64,000 nt of DNA from contig CAJWLU010000016.1 of NCBI GenBank assembly GCA_913043225.1, positions 1-64,000 of the forward strand, read 5' to 3'. Made by a program: the position numbers and the translations under genes. Under the pieces are notes generated by a model that was given only the letters and a program-made list of their open reading frames with translations, ran no database searches and was not told the DNA's origin. This DNA comes from an uncultured Acidobacteriota bacterium. Its GTDB lineage: Bacteria > Acidobacteriota > Vicinamibacteria > Vicinamibacterales > UBA8438. Shown here one piece after another: positions 8,438 through 18,302 of this stretch. Positions within the stretch are counted from its first letter, which is position 1. Every line of letters begins with the position of its first letter.

Positions 8438-9577
8438 ATGAATACTGTGACTCAGCCCACGCCAGACAAGCCGAAACGGCGAGTCAAATACGTGCGCAAG
8501 CTGGACCAAATCGAACAGCTCACGCCTGAGCAGCGTGATCGTCTCGGACCTGTAGCTGCGCGCTATGTCTTTCGCGCCAACGACTACTATCTCGGCCTAA
8601 TCGATTGGGACGACCCGGAAGACCCGATCAAGCAACTGATCATCCCGCGCGAAGAAGAGCTGTCCGAGTGGGGAGAGCTTGACGCCAGCAACGAACAGTC
8701 GGTCACCGTCGCGCACGGTGTCCAGCACAAGTACACGGACACAGTGCTGCTGCTCTGCAACGAAGTCTGTGGCGCCTACTGCCGCTACTGCTTCCGCAAG
8801 CGGCTGTTCATGGACGAGAACGACGAGGTCACCAACGACGTTTCGGCCGGGTTGGCCTATATCGCCGACCACCCGGAGGTGACCAACGTGCTGCTCACCG
8901 GGGGCGACCCGCTGCTAATGAGCACGCGCCGGCTGGTAGAAATCTTCGACGCGCTCCGCCAAATTCCGCACGTCAAGATCATCCGGCTCGGATCCAAGAT
9001 GCCGGCGTTCGATCCTTTCCGGTTGCTGAACGACGAGGAGCTACAAGCTGCCTTCCGGAAGTACTCAACGCCCGAGCAGCGCATCTATCTGATGGCGCAC
9101 TTCGACCATCCGCGCGAACTCACCCCCGAGGCCATAGCTGGGATCGACACCTGCATTCGCAACGGCATCATCTGCGTCAATCAGTGCCCGCTCATCAAGG
9201 GGATCAACGACGATCCCCACGTGCTGGCCGAGATGTACTCGACGCTGTCCTACACCGGATGCCCGCCCTACTACCTGTTCCAGGGGCGACCGACGGCTGG
9301 CAACGAACCGTATGAGATCCCGATTGTCGAGGGCTGGCACATCTTCCAACAGGCGCTGAAGATGGGCTCAGGCCTGGCGCGCCGCGCCAAGTACTGCATG
9401 TCGCACGAGACCGGTAAAGTCGAGATCCTGGGTGTCGACGCCGACCACTTGTATCTGCGGTATCACCAAGCTAAGTTTGACGAGGATCTCAGCCGATTCT
9501 TCGTCGCCCGGCGAGACGACAGCGCCTACTGGCTTGACCAGCTAACAGTTCTCGACACCGTTCCCGACCACGTCTGA
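8438..9577 (+). CDS. KamA-family radical SAM/PLP aminomutase, substrate uncertain
   Basis: HKY, CGAYCRYCFRKR (CxxxCxxC), VLLTGGDPL, HFDHPRE, NQ.PL..GIND, C-terminal GK. Confidence 0.92.
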   Translation: MNTVTQPTPDKPKRRVKYVRKLDQIEQLTPEQRDRLGPVAARYVFRANDYYLGLIDWDDPEDPIKQLIIPREEELSEWGELDASNEQSVTVAHGVQHKYTDTVLLLCNEVCGAYCRYCFRKRLFMDENDEVTNDVSAGLAYIADHPEVTNVLLTGGDPLLMSTRRLVEIFDALRQIPHVKIIRLGSKMPAFDPFRLLNDEELQAAFRKYSTPEQRIYLMAHFDHPRELTPEAIAGIDTCIRNGIICVNQCPLIKGINDDPHVLAEMYSTLSYTGCPPYYLFQGRPTAGNEPYEIPIVEGWHIFQQALKMGSGLARRAKYCMSHETGKVEILGVDADHLYLRYHQAKFDEDLSRFFVARRDDSAYWLDQLTVLDTVPDHV

Positions 9578-9592
9578 CACACCCCTGGGGGC

Positions 9593-10363
9593 ATGATCGA
9601 GCTCCGAGGATTGAGTAAGCGGTACGGCAACCGCCTCGCAGTCGCCGAGCTCTCGCTCGAAGTGGCCAAGGGCGAGCTTCTCGTCCTGCTCGGCGGCTCG
9701 GGCAGCGGCAAGACCACCACCCTGAAGATGATCAACCGGCTGATCGAGCCAACCAGCGGCTCGGTTCGGCTGGACGGCGATGACGTCGCCGCGCTTACCC
9801 CCTCCGACCTGCGGCGCCGGATCGGCTACGCCTTCCAGCAGGTCGGGTTGTTCCCGCATCTCTCCGTGTCTGAGAACATCGGGGTCACGCCGTCGCTGCT
9901 CGGCTGGTCGCCGGACCAGATCCGAGAGCGGGTCGACACGCTACTCAGGCTGGTCGAGCTCGACCCGGACGAGATGCGTGACCGGCGCCCCGACGAACTC
10001 TCGGGCGGGCAGCAACAACGGGCGGGCGTTGCCCGTGCACTGGCGGCCCGGCCACGGGTGATGCTGCTCGACGAGCCGTTCGGCGCCCTCGACCCACTAA
10101 CGCGCCAGCGGCTGCAGGATTCGTTCATCCGGATCCGGCGAGAACTGGGAGTGACGGCGGTATTCGTCACGCACGACATGACCGAGGCGCTGCTGCTGGG
10201 CGATCGGATCGCCGTGCTCTCGGAGGGCCGGATGGTGCAGATCGGCGCACCGGCCGAGCTGATGCGCGCCCCGGCCAACGACTATGTGCGCCAGCTGCTC
10301 GACACCCCCCGGCGCGAGGCGGCGCTCGTCGACTCGCTACTGTCGACGGAAGACACGGCATGA
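9593..10363 (+). CDS. Osmoprotectant-type ABC transporter ATPase (OpuA/ProV/EgtV-like)
   Basis: GSGKTTTLKMINRLIEPTSG, LSGGQQQR, LLDEPFGALDP. Confidence 0.93.
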   Translation: MIELRGLSKRYGNRLAVAELSLEVAKGELLVLLGGSGSGKTTTLKMINRLIEPTSGSVRLDGDDVAALTPSDLRRRIGYAFQQVGLFPHLSVSENIGVTPSLLGWSPDQIRERVDTLLRLVELDPDEMRDRRPDELSGGQQQRAGVARALAARPRVMLLDEPFGALDPLTRQRLQDSFIRIRRELGVTAVFVTHDMTEALLLGDRIAVLSEGRMVQIGAPAELMRAPANDYVRQLLDTPRREAALVDSLLSTEDTA

Positions 10364-10429
10364 GTTACGGCCGCACCCGATTGCAAGGTAGTCGTACGGG
10401 AGCCGGGGGTTGGGGCGGAGCTTCATGAC

Positions 10430-11947
10430 ATGAATGAACAGCTGGCCCTGCTCCCGGCCTATCTCACGGCGCATCTGCAGCTAACGCTGCTGGCGCTGGC
10501 CGCCAGCGCCGCCGTCAGCCTGCCGCTCGGTATCGCCGCCACACGGGTCCGCTGGCTCGAACAACCAGCGCTGGCCATCGCCGCCGTCATCCAGACCATT
10601 CCGAGCTTGGCGTTGCTGGCGGTGATGGTGCCGATTCTGGCAACCCTGCAGCTGCAAAGTATCGGCTTCCTGCCCGCATTCATCGGCCTGTCGCTCTACG
10701 GCATTCTGCCAATACTGCGGAACACGGTGACCGGTATCGCCGGGGTCGACCCCGCTCTGAAGGAGGCAGCCCGCGGCGTGGGGATGACGCCCGCCCAACA
10801 GCTGCGCCAGATCGAGCTGCCGCTGGCCATGCCGACCATCGTGGCCGGCCTCCGTACCGCGACGGTCTGGACCGTAGGCATGGCGACTCTATCGACACCG
10901 GTAGGAGCCACCAGTCTCGGCAACTACATCTTCACCGGGTTACAGACAAGGAACTTCGCGGCCGTGCTTGTGGGCTGCGTTGCGTCGGCGGTGCTCGCAC
11001 TGCTGCTCGACGCCCTTGTGCGCTCGCTCGAGGTGGGGGTGCGGGATCGTCGTCCCCGTCTCGTGAAGGTCGCGGCGGCGGTCACCGCGGCACTCTACCT
11101 CTATACCGTCGGCAGTCTGGCCGGATCGCTTGTCGGCGGGGGCGACCGTCCAATATCGATCGGAGCCAAGGGCTTCACCGAGCAGTACGTGCTGGCCGAG
11201 CTACTCACGCAGTGGATCGAGCAGGAAACGGGTCAGCCCACCGCCCAACGGCAATCGCTCGGTTCGATCGTGGCGTTCAACGCCCTCGCAGCCGGCGACG
11301 TCGATGTCTACGTGGACTACTCGGGCACCGTGTGGGCTAATGTGATGGGACAGACGGGCATCGGGAGCCGCGCCGAGGTCAGGTCGGCGGTGGCGCAATA
11401 CCTCGACGAGACCCACGGCATCCAGATCGCCGCCACGCTCGGCTTCGAAAACGCCTACTCGGTGGCGATGCGCAACGAGGATGCCGACCGCCTGGGAATC
11501 GCGCGGATCAGCGATCTGCCACCCCTAGGTCTCACCCTGTCGATGGGCGGCGACCTCGAGTTCTTCTCCCGACCGGAATGGACGGCCATCGAGGAGGTGT
11601 ACGGCCTGAGACTGGCCGAGGAGCGGACGATGGACGCCGGCCTGATGTATCAGGCAGCCGCCGAGGGTGCCGTCGACCTGATTAGCGCTTACACCACCGA
11701 TGGACGGATCACGGCCTACGGCCTCCGTGTGCTCGACGACGATCGAGGAGCTATTCCCCCCTACGACGCGCTGGTGATGGTCAGCGACCGCCTGGTCGAA
11801 GAGCGGCCGGACGTGGTCGAGGCGCTCGGGCGTCTCGACGGCCGCATCGACGTCGAAGCCATGCGACAGATGAACCTCGCGGTCGACGAAGGCGGTGAGA
11901 ATCCGGCCACCGTCGCCACCGAGTTCCTGCGGAGCCTTGCGCGGTAA
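10430..11947 (+). CDS. Fused ABC permease + quaternary-amine substrate-binding domain (OpuBC/EgtU-like)
   Basis: QTIPSLALL, EAARGVGM, then IGAKGFTEQ, YVDYSGT, GFENAY, PPYDA. Confidence 0.92.
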   Translation: MNEQLALLPAYLTAHLQLTLLALAASAAVSLPLGIAATRVRWLEQPALAIAAVIQTIPSLALLAVMVPILATLQLQSIGFLPAFIGLSLYGILPILRNTVTGIAGVDPALKEAARGVGMTPAQQLRQIELPLAMPTIVAGLRTATVWTVGMATLSTPVGATSLGNYIFTGLQTRNFAAVLVGCVASAVLALLLDALVRSLEVGVRDRRPRLVKVAAAVTAALYLYTVGSLAGSLVGGGDRPISIGAKGFTEQYVLAELLTQWIEQETGQPTAQRQSLGSIVAFNALAAGDVDVYVDYSGTVWANVMGQTGIGSRAEVRSAVAQYLDETHGIQIAATLGFENAYSVAMRNEDADRLGIARISDLPPLGLTLSMGGDLEFFSRPEWTAIEEVYGLRLAEERTMDAGLMYQAAAEGAVDLISAYTTDGRITAYGLRVLDDDRGAIPPYDALVMVSDRLVEERPDVVEALGRLDGRIDVEAMRQMNLAVDEGGENPATVATEFLRSLAR

Positions 11948-11956
11948 GATCGGCCC

Positions 11957-12505
11957 ATGGGCATTCTTGACATGCTGGGACTGACGGACGACAGCGATGG
12001 CGCTCCCTCGCACGGCTCCAGCCACGGCGACACCGACACTGTGCGGCGCATCGCGGGCGAGCTGGACGCGCTCGAACCGGACCGGGCGAGGTTTCTAGCT
12101 GCCTTCGCGTATGTCCTAAGCCGGGTGGCACACGCCGACTCGGAGGTCTGTGTGCACGAGACCGAGACGATGAAGGAGATCGTGCAGAAGCTGGGACACG
12201 TCCCGGAAGCCCAGGCGCTGCTCGTGGTCGAGATCGCCAAGAACCAGGCGCGGCTCTTCGGTGGGACCGAGAACTACCTAGTCACTCGGGAATTCCGCGA
12301 GATCGCCACCGCCGAGCAGCGGTTGGAACTGCTCGACTGTATCTTTGGGGTGGCCGCTGCTGATGGCTCGATCAGCACGATCGAGGAGTCACAGGCGGGC
12401 CAGATCGCCAAAGAGCTCGGCTTTACCCAGCCCGAGTATTCGGCTGCACTTGCGGCTCACGGGGAGCATCGGGCGGTGCTGCAGCTGCTGCGGTCGAAGC
12501 AGTAG
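11957..12505 (+). CDS. TerB-family protein
   Basis: RVAHAD...E and VAAADG.I...EE repeats typical of the TerB fold. Confidence 0.8.
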   Translation: MGILDMLGLTDDSDGAPSHGSSHGDTDTVRRIAGELDALEPDRARFLAAFAYVLSRVAHADSEVCVHETETMKEIVQKLGHVPEAQALLVVEIAKNQARLFGGTENYLVTREFREIATAEQRLELLDCIFGVAAADGSISTIEESQAGQIAKELGFTQPEYSAALAAHGEHRAVLQLLRSKQ

Positions 12506-13619
12506 CTACCTCGGGTTCTTCGTCCTCGTCCGACGTTTCGTAGGCCGACGGATTGCCGTCCAACATGACAGCCAGCCAGCGCAGGTCCTCGGTGTTCTCG
12601 AGTGCGATCTTCAGCATCATCGTCAGCGGCACCGCCAGCAACATCCCCACCGGCCCCCAGACCCAGCCCCAGAAGACCAGGGACAGCAGGATCACGAGCA
12701 CCGACAGGCCGAGGCGTCGTCCGAGCAGCATCGGCTCGACCAGGTTTCCAAAGATGACGTTGATGCCCAGGTAGCCGGCGGCTACCAGAAGCGCGTGCCC
12801 CACTCCGAACTGCACAGTCGCCAGTAGCACCGGTCCAACCGCGGCGAAGATCGACCCCAGATTCGGGATGTAGTTGAAGAGGAACGCGATCAACCCCCAC
12901 ATCAGAGGGAAGTCGAGCCCCAGCGCCCACACCCAGATGCCGGCCAGCAGACCGGTACTCAGGCTCACCACCGTCTTGATGGCGAGATAGCGTTGAATCT
13001 GACGAGTCATCTGACTAAAGCGCTGCATGCCGCGGCTGCGCTCGCCGAACGCGACCCGCAGCTTGGCCCGGAAGCCGGCCGCCTCGAACAGCATGAAGAT
13101 GACCACGAGGAACACGAGAAAGGCATTCGACAGTAGCCCAGCCAGTGCCCCCAGGATGCCGTTCAAAAGGTCGACCATCGCCTGCGGATTGATGTAGTCG
13201 AGCGGCGTCCACTGGGTAGCGGGCAGGCCCATGCTCTCGGCCCAGGCGAGCGCGTCGCGCAACAGCCCCTGGAGCCGAGCCTGATAGCTGGGCGCCACGT
13301 CGGCAAACTCGCTCACCGACTGCCCCACCACAGCGCCGAAGATGCTGACCACGCCGGCGGCCGCGCTCACCGTCGACAGTACGGCCAGCGCGGTAGGCAC
13401 CCGGCGGTTCTGGAGCCAGAGCATGATCGGCAGGCTCACCATGGCGAGGAACACCGCCACGAGGAACGGCAGCAGGATCTGGTCAGCTTCCCGAAGCCCG
13501 GCCACCACGATGATGAAGGCGGCCGCCAACAACAGGAACCGTGCGCCTCGGTCCTGGCGTAGCGACTCGACCGACCCCTGACGCACTCCGAGATACGCCC
13601 GATCGCGCCTCTCGCTCAT
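12423..13619 (-). CDS. AI-2E family transporter
   Basis: Polytopic; NYIPNLGS, NLVEP, WGWVWGPVGMLLAVP; ATG 13619 with RBS GGGGAG. Confidence 0.92.
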   Translation of the reverse strand: MSERRDRAYLGVRQGSVESLRQDRGARFLLLAAAFIIVVAGLREADQILLPFLVAVFLAMVSLPIMLWLQNRRVPTALAVLSTVSAAAGVVSIFGAVVGQSVSEFADVAPSYQARLQGLLRDALAWAESMGLPATQWTPLDYINPQAMVDLLNGILGALAGLLSNAFLVFLVVIFMLFEAAGFRAKLRVAFGERSRGMQRFSQMTRQIQRYLAIKTVVSLSTGLLAGIWVWALGLDFPLMWGLIAFLFNYIPNLGSIFAAVGPVLLATVQFGVGHALLVAAGYLGINVIFGNLVEPMLLGRRLGLSVLVILLSLVFWGWVWGPVGMLLAVPLTMMLKIALENTEDLRWLAVMLDGNPSAYETSDEDEEPEVATASTAAAAAPPDAPREPQVQPNTRAG

Positions 13620-13635
13620 GTCGTGCTCCCCCTGT

Positions 13636-14607
13636 CTACCACACCTCGAACACCGTGGTAGCGAACCGCGCCGCCGGCTCGACCCACTGATCCCGCACGC
13701 CGAATCCGGCCAGCTCGCCCATCTGGACAATAGCCTCCATCTTGTATTTATACGAGCTTTCGGTCCAGATCGACTCGCCGGCGGAGAACTGGACACGCAG
13801 GTTGGCGCCGGCGACGGTGACCGTCTGCGCGTCGAGGCTCTCGAGATGCATCTCCACGCGAGACGCCCCGGAATTCCAGACCGCCCGATGCGCGAACTGG
13901 TTGAGGTCGAAGTCGGCGCCCAGCTCGAGATTCAGCCGGACCAGCAGGTTCTTGTTGAACGCCGCGGTCACGCCGAGTGGATCGTCATAGGCGAGGACAA
14001 GCTCGGGCTCCGGCTTGACCAGATCAGCTCCAAGCAGGAGCCGGTCGCCCGGCTGCAGCACCGCACGCACGCTGCGCAGGAACCCAACGGCGGCATCCGG
14101 CTCCAGGTTGCCGATGTTGGATCCGAGGAACGCGACAAGGAGGCCGCCGCAAGGCTCCCGCGATCGTGCCACTTCGGCCAACCCCTCCTGGTAAGTAGAC
14201 TCGTGGAGCGACACCGTCAACCCATCGAAACGCGACAAGGTGCGCCTGGCCATCTGAAGCGCGGTGACCGATACGTCGACCAACTCGATCCCTAACAAAC
14301 GGCCGGACGACACCCAGGGCTCGACCACCAGCGCCAGTTTCTCTCCGCTTCCGCAACCCAGCTCCACCACCGTGGTGGGCGGCTCAAGCCCAGCCAGAAT
14401 CTGCCTGGCATGCTGGGACAGGAGCTGGCATTCGGCCCGCGTGATCCGGTACTCGGGCAGCGCGCAGATCGCCTCGAAGAGCTTCGAGCCGAGCGCGTCG
14501 TACAGGTAATGCGGCTGCAGACGCTTAGGGCTTCCGCCGAGATCTCGGCGAACCTCGTCGACCAGACGCGCCTGACCGGTTAGCTCGATCCCACTGGTGG
14601 GCTCCAT
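13636..14607 (-). CDS. egtD: L-histidine N-alpha-trimethyltransferase
   Basis: YD..GS.LFEAI..LPEY..TR.E, VELGCGSGEK, GSNIGN, AYDD..GVTAAFN, EMHL, TESSYK. Confidence 0.92.
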   Translation of the reverse strand: MEPTSGIELTGQARLVDEVRRDLGGSPKRLQPHYLYDALGSKLFEAICALPEYRITRAECQLLSQHARQILAGLEPPTTVVELGCGSGEKLALVVEPWVSSGRLLGIELVDVSVTALQMARRTLSRFDGLTVSLHESTYQEGLAEVARSREPCGGLLVAFLGSNIGNLEPDAAVGFLRSVRAVLQPGDRLLLGADLVKPEPELVLAYDDPLGVTAAFNKNLLVRLNLELGADFDLNQFAHRAVWNSGASRVEMHLESLDAQTVTVAGANLRVQFSAGESIWTESSYKYKMEAIVQMGELAGFGVRDQWVEPAARFATTVFEVW

Positions 14608-14623
14608 ATTGGGTGGTGTGGGG

Positions 14624-15961
14624 CTATCCCTGCACGCAACGGAAACAAGCGTAGACGTATGGATAGTGTGGACGGAACCAGTTGCGGAAGCTCCGTCTGA
14701 GCAACCCGGGCGCCGTCACCGGCGATCCGCCCTTGATGACATAGTGCAGGCCGTCAAAGAAGTCGGCCGAATACTCCGGGTAGGACGGCATCGGCGAGAA
14801 GCCAGGGAAACCGTCAAACACGGTAGAGCTCCACTCCCACCCGTTACCCACCAGGTCGTGCACGCCCCAGGCACTGACACCGTCGGGGAACGAACCGACC
14901 GGCACCGGTTCCCAGTAGCGGAACCCGAAGTTGCCATGCCGGCTGGGGTCGGGGGCGTCCTCGCCCCACGGGTAGCTGCGCTCAGCTCCCTCGGGCGTGC
15001 CGTAGGCGGCCCGATGGAACTCAGCCTCGGTCGGCAGTCGCTGGCCCCGCCAGCGCGCGAAAGCCGATGCTTCGGCATGGGTGACATACACCGGCCAGGC
15101 GGCAGGCAGCGGAATCAGGTCGAACATGCTCCGCCAGTGCCAACGTCCATCCTCGCGCACCCAGAACGGCGGATGCTCGATCCCTCCGGCCGCGCACCAG
15201 GCCCAGTCGCTGTCGGACCACCAGCGGCTGTCCCCATAGCCACCTGCGTCGACAAACGCCTGATACTCCTGATTGGTGACATTGTGAACGTCGATGGCGA
15301 AAGCCGGCACGTCAACCACGTGAATCGGAAACTCGTTATCCCAGCCGAACGGAACCTCTTCGAGCGCCGCCCCTAGCGTGGCCCTTCCCGGCGCGACCTC
15401 GATCTGGCGAGCTGGCGGGACCACCCCCTCTGTGACGAGCGGCGCACCAGCTGGTCGGCATTTTCGGTCGAGCGACAACCGGTGCCACATGTAGGCCAGC
15501 GTCTCCTGGTGCAACTCTTCGTGCTCAATGAGCGTGTGCACCGCTTGACCGCGGTGCAGCACCGGATGGCCCGGCTGCTCGACGGGCGCCTTCGCCAGCG
15601 CGTCGAGGATCAGCTGGTCGGCCGCCTCGACGTACTCCTGCACGGCATCACGGGTCGGCCAGGCATGGATCGCCACGTCGTCGGCCGAACGCTGGTCCTC
15701 GGGATCGATGCCGCGGGCAAACAGTAGCTCGAGGCCCTCGTCGATTCCGGGGCGGCCCAAACCACATTTGATCAGCGTGTTCACGCTGAAGGCGGGGATA
15801 TGCCCTTCGTAGAACACTACCGGGTGGCGAAGCGAAATCGGTCGCTCATAGTAGGCCTCTGGGCTCAGCAGACGAAACAGCTCGGCCGTGCGCTCTCGGG
15901 TCGCCAGAAACCAGGCGATGCACGCCTCACGATCGACCACGGCGGTCGGTGCGGAGTCCAT
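14624..15961 (-). CDS. egtB: Non-heme iron sulfoxide synthase (EgtB/OvoA family)
   Basis: DinB-like domain with FYEGH and HEELHQE (HX3HXE), FGE-sulfatase domain (FGWDNE, RLPTEAE, GNGWEW), adjacent to egtD; start uncertain (15961-16039). Confidence 0.85.
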   Translation of the reverse strand: MDSAPTAVVDREACIAWFLATRERTAELFRLLSPEAYYERPISLRHPVVFYEGHIPAFSVNTLIKCGLGRPGIDEGLELLFARGIDPEDQRSADDVAIHAWPTRDAVQEYVEAADQLILDALAKAPVEQPGHPVLHRGQAVHTLIEHEELHQETLAYMWHRLSLDRKCRPAGAPLVTEGVVPPARQIEVAPGRATLGAALEEVPFGWDNEFPIHVVDVPAFAIDVHNVTNQEYQAFVDAGGYGDSRWWSDSDWAWCAAGGIEHPPFWVREDGRWHWRSMFDLIPLPAAWPVYVTHAEASAFARWRGQRLPTEAEFHRAAYGTPEGAERSYPWGEDAPDPSRHGNFGFRYWEPVPVGSFPDGVSAWGVHDLVGNGWEWSSTVFDGFPGFSPMPSYPEYSADFFDGLHYVIKGGSPVTAPGLLRRSFRNWFRPHYPYVYACFRCVQG

Positions 15962-16042
15962 ATGTCCCAACACTAACATAGGGATTTCTCGGTCCCCACG
16001 CCCTCCCACACCAGTGTGGTAGCCTGAACTCGAGGCCATTTG

Positions 16043-16128
16043 GCGAAAGTGGCGGAACTGGCAGACGCGCTGGATTTAGGATCCAGTGGCCCTAGGCCGT
16101 GGGGGTTCAAATCCCCCCTTTCGCACCA
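16043..16128 (+). tRNA. tRNA-Leu(TAG)
   Basis: GCGAAAG/CTTTCGC acceptor stem + ACCA, anticodon arm CTGGA-TTTAGGA-TCCAG, long variable arm. Confidence 0.96.
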
Positions 16129-16167
16129 CACCACTCACATTTTGTTCCACGCAACCGATTGACATAT

Positions 16168-17466
16168 ATGAAGACGGAGCTCACGTCGCTGAGTGAGACG
16201 CGAAAGCGGCTCGACATCGAGATTCCCGCGGCCGAAGTGGACCAGGCGATTGACCGTCTGGCCAAGCAACTGACCAAGCGTGCCAAGGTGCCTGGATTCC
16301 GACCGAGGAAGGTACCGGTTAGCGTAGTACGACAGCGATTCATGTCGGACATCCTGCATGACGTCTCGCACGACCTGGTGCCCCCCGCCGTCGATACGGC
16401 TCTACGAGATCATGAGATGGTTCCGGTCGAGACGCCAGACGTGCACGAGATCTCGATCGACGCCGGGCAGCCACTGACATTCCACGCGCTCTTCGAGGTA
16501 ATGCCTGCGCTCGAGGATCTCGACTACGAGGCGCTCACACTTCGGCGCACGCCGGTGGAATTGGACGCCGCGGCAGCCGAACGCGCCCTCGAGGAACTGC
16601 GGCGCCGGGCCAGTAAGCTGGAACCGGTGACCGACCGAGCGGTCAAGGGCGAGGACGTGGTCACGCTGGACCTCACCAGGAAGGGAGTCGCTGGGCCGGA
16701 CGGCCCTCCCGAGACGCCGCCAGAGGAGCGGCATGAGGGAGTGAGCATCGAGCTCGGAACGCCAGCCAACCCACCGGGTTTCGACGATGAGCTAGTGGGT
16801 TTGGAGCCGGGCGACACGAAATCGTTCGAGCTCACCTATCCCGCCGACCACGAGCCGAAGGACCTGGCGGGCACAACGGTGGCCTACGACGTCGAGGTCA
16901 AGGCCATTCACCGGCGAGAGCTGCCAGAGCTTGACGACGCATTCGCTACCTCAATCGGAGAGTTCGAATCGCTGGAGGCGCTGAAAGAGCGAATCGCGAG
17001 CGACCTCGAGCGGGAAGCGAAGGCGGAATCAGACCGGGAAGTGCGCCGCGACCTGCTGTCGCAGCTGGCGTCCCGGGTCACGGTGGAGATGCCCGAAGCG
17101 CTGGTCAACCGGGAGATTGGACGGCGACTCGAACAGATCGCGAGCCGTCTCGCGCAACAGCAGGTCGACCCGACGAAGGCCAACATCGATTGGGAGACGC
17201 TAAAGGAAGAGCAACGTGCCCCGGCGCTCGAGACGGTACGGGGCTCGATGGTTCTCGACGAGGTGGTGAAACGCGAATCGCTCAGCGTGAAATCGGACGA
17301 GGTCGACGAGGAGGTTACCAAATACGCCGAGCGTCTTGGACAGACCCCGGCCGCGGTTCGGGCTCAATTGGAGAAAGAGGATGGGATCGCGCGACTGGCG
17401 GAAGGACTGCTGCGGAAGCAGGCAGTCGAGTTTCTTCTGTCGCGTGCTACGATCGTGTCCGCGTAA
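16168..17466 (+). CDS. tig: Trigger factor
   Basis: VPGFRP.KVP ribosome-binding motif, FKBP-like domain, position before clpP. Confidence 0.95.
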   Translation: MKTELTSLSETRKRLDIEIPAAEVDQAIDRLAKQLTKRAKVPGFRPRKVPVSVVRQRFMSDILHDVSHDLVPPAVDTALRDHEMVPVETPDVHEISIDAGQPLTFHALFEVMPALEDLDYEALTLRRTPVELDAAAAERALEELRRRASKLEPVTDRAVKGEDVVTLDLTRKGVAGPDGPPETPPEERHEGVSIELGTPANPPGFDDELVGLEPGDTKSFELTYPADHEPKDLAGTTVAYDVEVKAIHRRELPELDDAFATSIGEFESLEALKERIASDLEREAKAESDREVRRDLLSQLASRVTVEMPEALVNREIGRRLEQIASRLAQQQVDPTKANIDWETLKEEQRAPALETVRGSMVLDEVVKRESLSVKSDEVDEEVTKYAERLGQTPAAVRAQLEKEDGIARLAEGLLRKQAVEFLLSRATIVSA

Positions 17467-17640
17467 GGGTCGCTTTCCTGCCGTCGTCTCAATCCCCAAG
17501 CAGCGTGCTCACCGGTCCCCTGGCACCGCGGTGGTTCGCTCAGGGCCAGACAACGGTGACAGGCAACGACACCCCGGCGTGGGGCGAAGGGGCTAGCTAG
17601 CGCCGCGAGGGGTTTAGGGCGAAGCCCCCTGGTGAGATCA

Positions 17641-18261
17641 ATGACTGACTCCAAGACCGTGCCCACTCCGCGTAACCAACTCATCCCGATGGTGGTCGAG
17701 CAGACCAACAGGGGCGAGCGGGCGTATGACATCTATTCCCGGTTGCTGAAGGACAGCATCATCTTCATTGGTACGCCGATCGAGGATTCCATCGCGAACC
17801 TGGTCATCGCCCAGATGCTGTTTCTGGAGGCCGAGGACCCGGACCGAGACATCGTGCTCTACATCAACAGCCCGGGCGGGTCGATTTCGGCGGGGCTCGC
17901 GATCTACGACACGATGCAGTTCATCAAGCCCGATGTGCAGACCGTCTGTATCGGTCAGGCTGCGTCGATGGCGGCGGTGCTGTTGTCGGCCGGAACTGCC
18001 GGCAAACGGTTCAGCCTGCCAAACTCGCGTGTCGTCATCCACCAGCCGCTGATGAGCGGTCTAGCGGGGCAGGCGACCGACATCGACATCCACGCCAAGG
18101 AGATCCTGCGGATGCGGCAGCGGCTCAACGAAATCCTCGTGTCGCACACCGGACAGAAGCTCAAACGGATCGAAGAGGACACCGAGCGAGACTACATCAT
18201 GGACGCCGAGCAGGGTCGGGAATACGGTATTATTGATGAAGTGATCAGACAGCGCGCCTAG
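17641..18261 (+). CDS. clpP: Clp protease proteolytic subunit
   Basis: [25 protein letters not shown]. Confidence 0.97.
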   Translation: MTDSKTVPTPRNQLIPMVVEQTNRGERAYDIYSRLLKDSIIFIGTPIEDSIANLVIAQMLFLEAEDPDRDIVLYINSPGGSISAGLAIYDTMQFIKPDVQTVCIGQAASMAAVLLSAGTAGKRFSLPNSRVVIHQPLMSGLAGQATDIDIHAKEILRMRQRLNEILVSHTGQKLKRIEEDTERDYIMDAEQGREYGIIDEVIRQRA

Positions 18262-18302
18262 GCGAACGTGGCGTGCCACGCCCGCCAAGGGCACTGTTTA
18301 AC

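Noticed and set aside
16043..16128. Island integrated at tRNA-Leu
   Set aside because: No duplicated 3' end seen, and tig follows directly.
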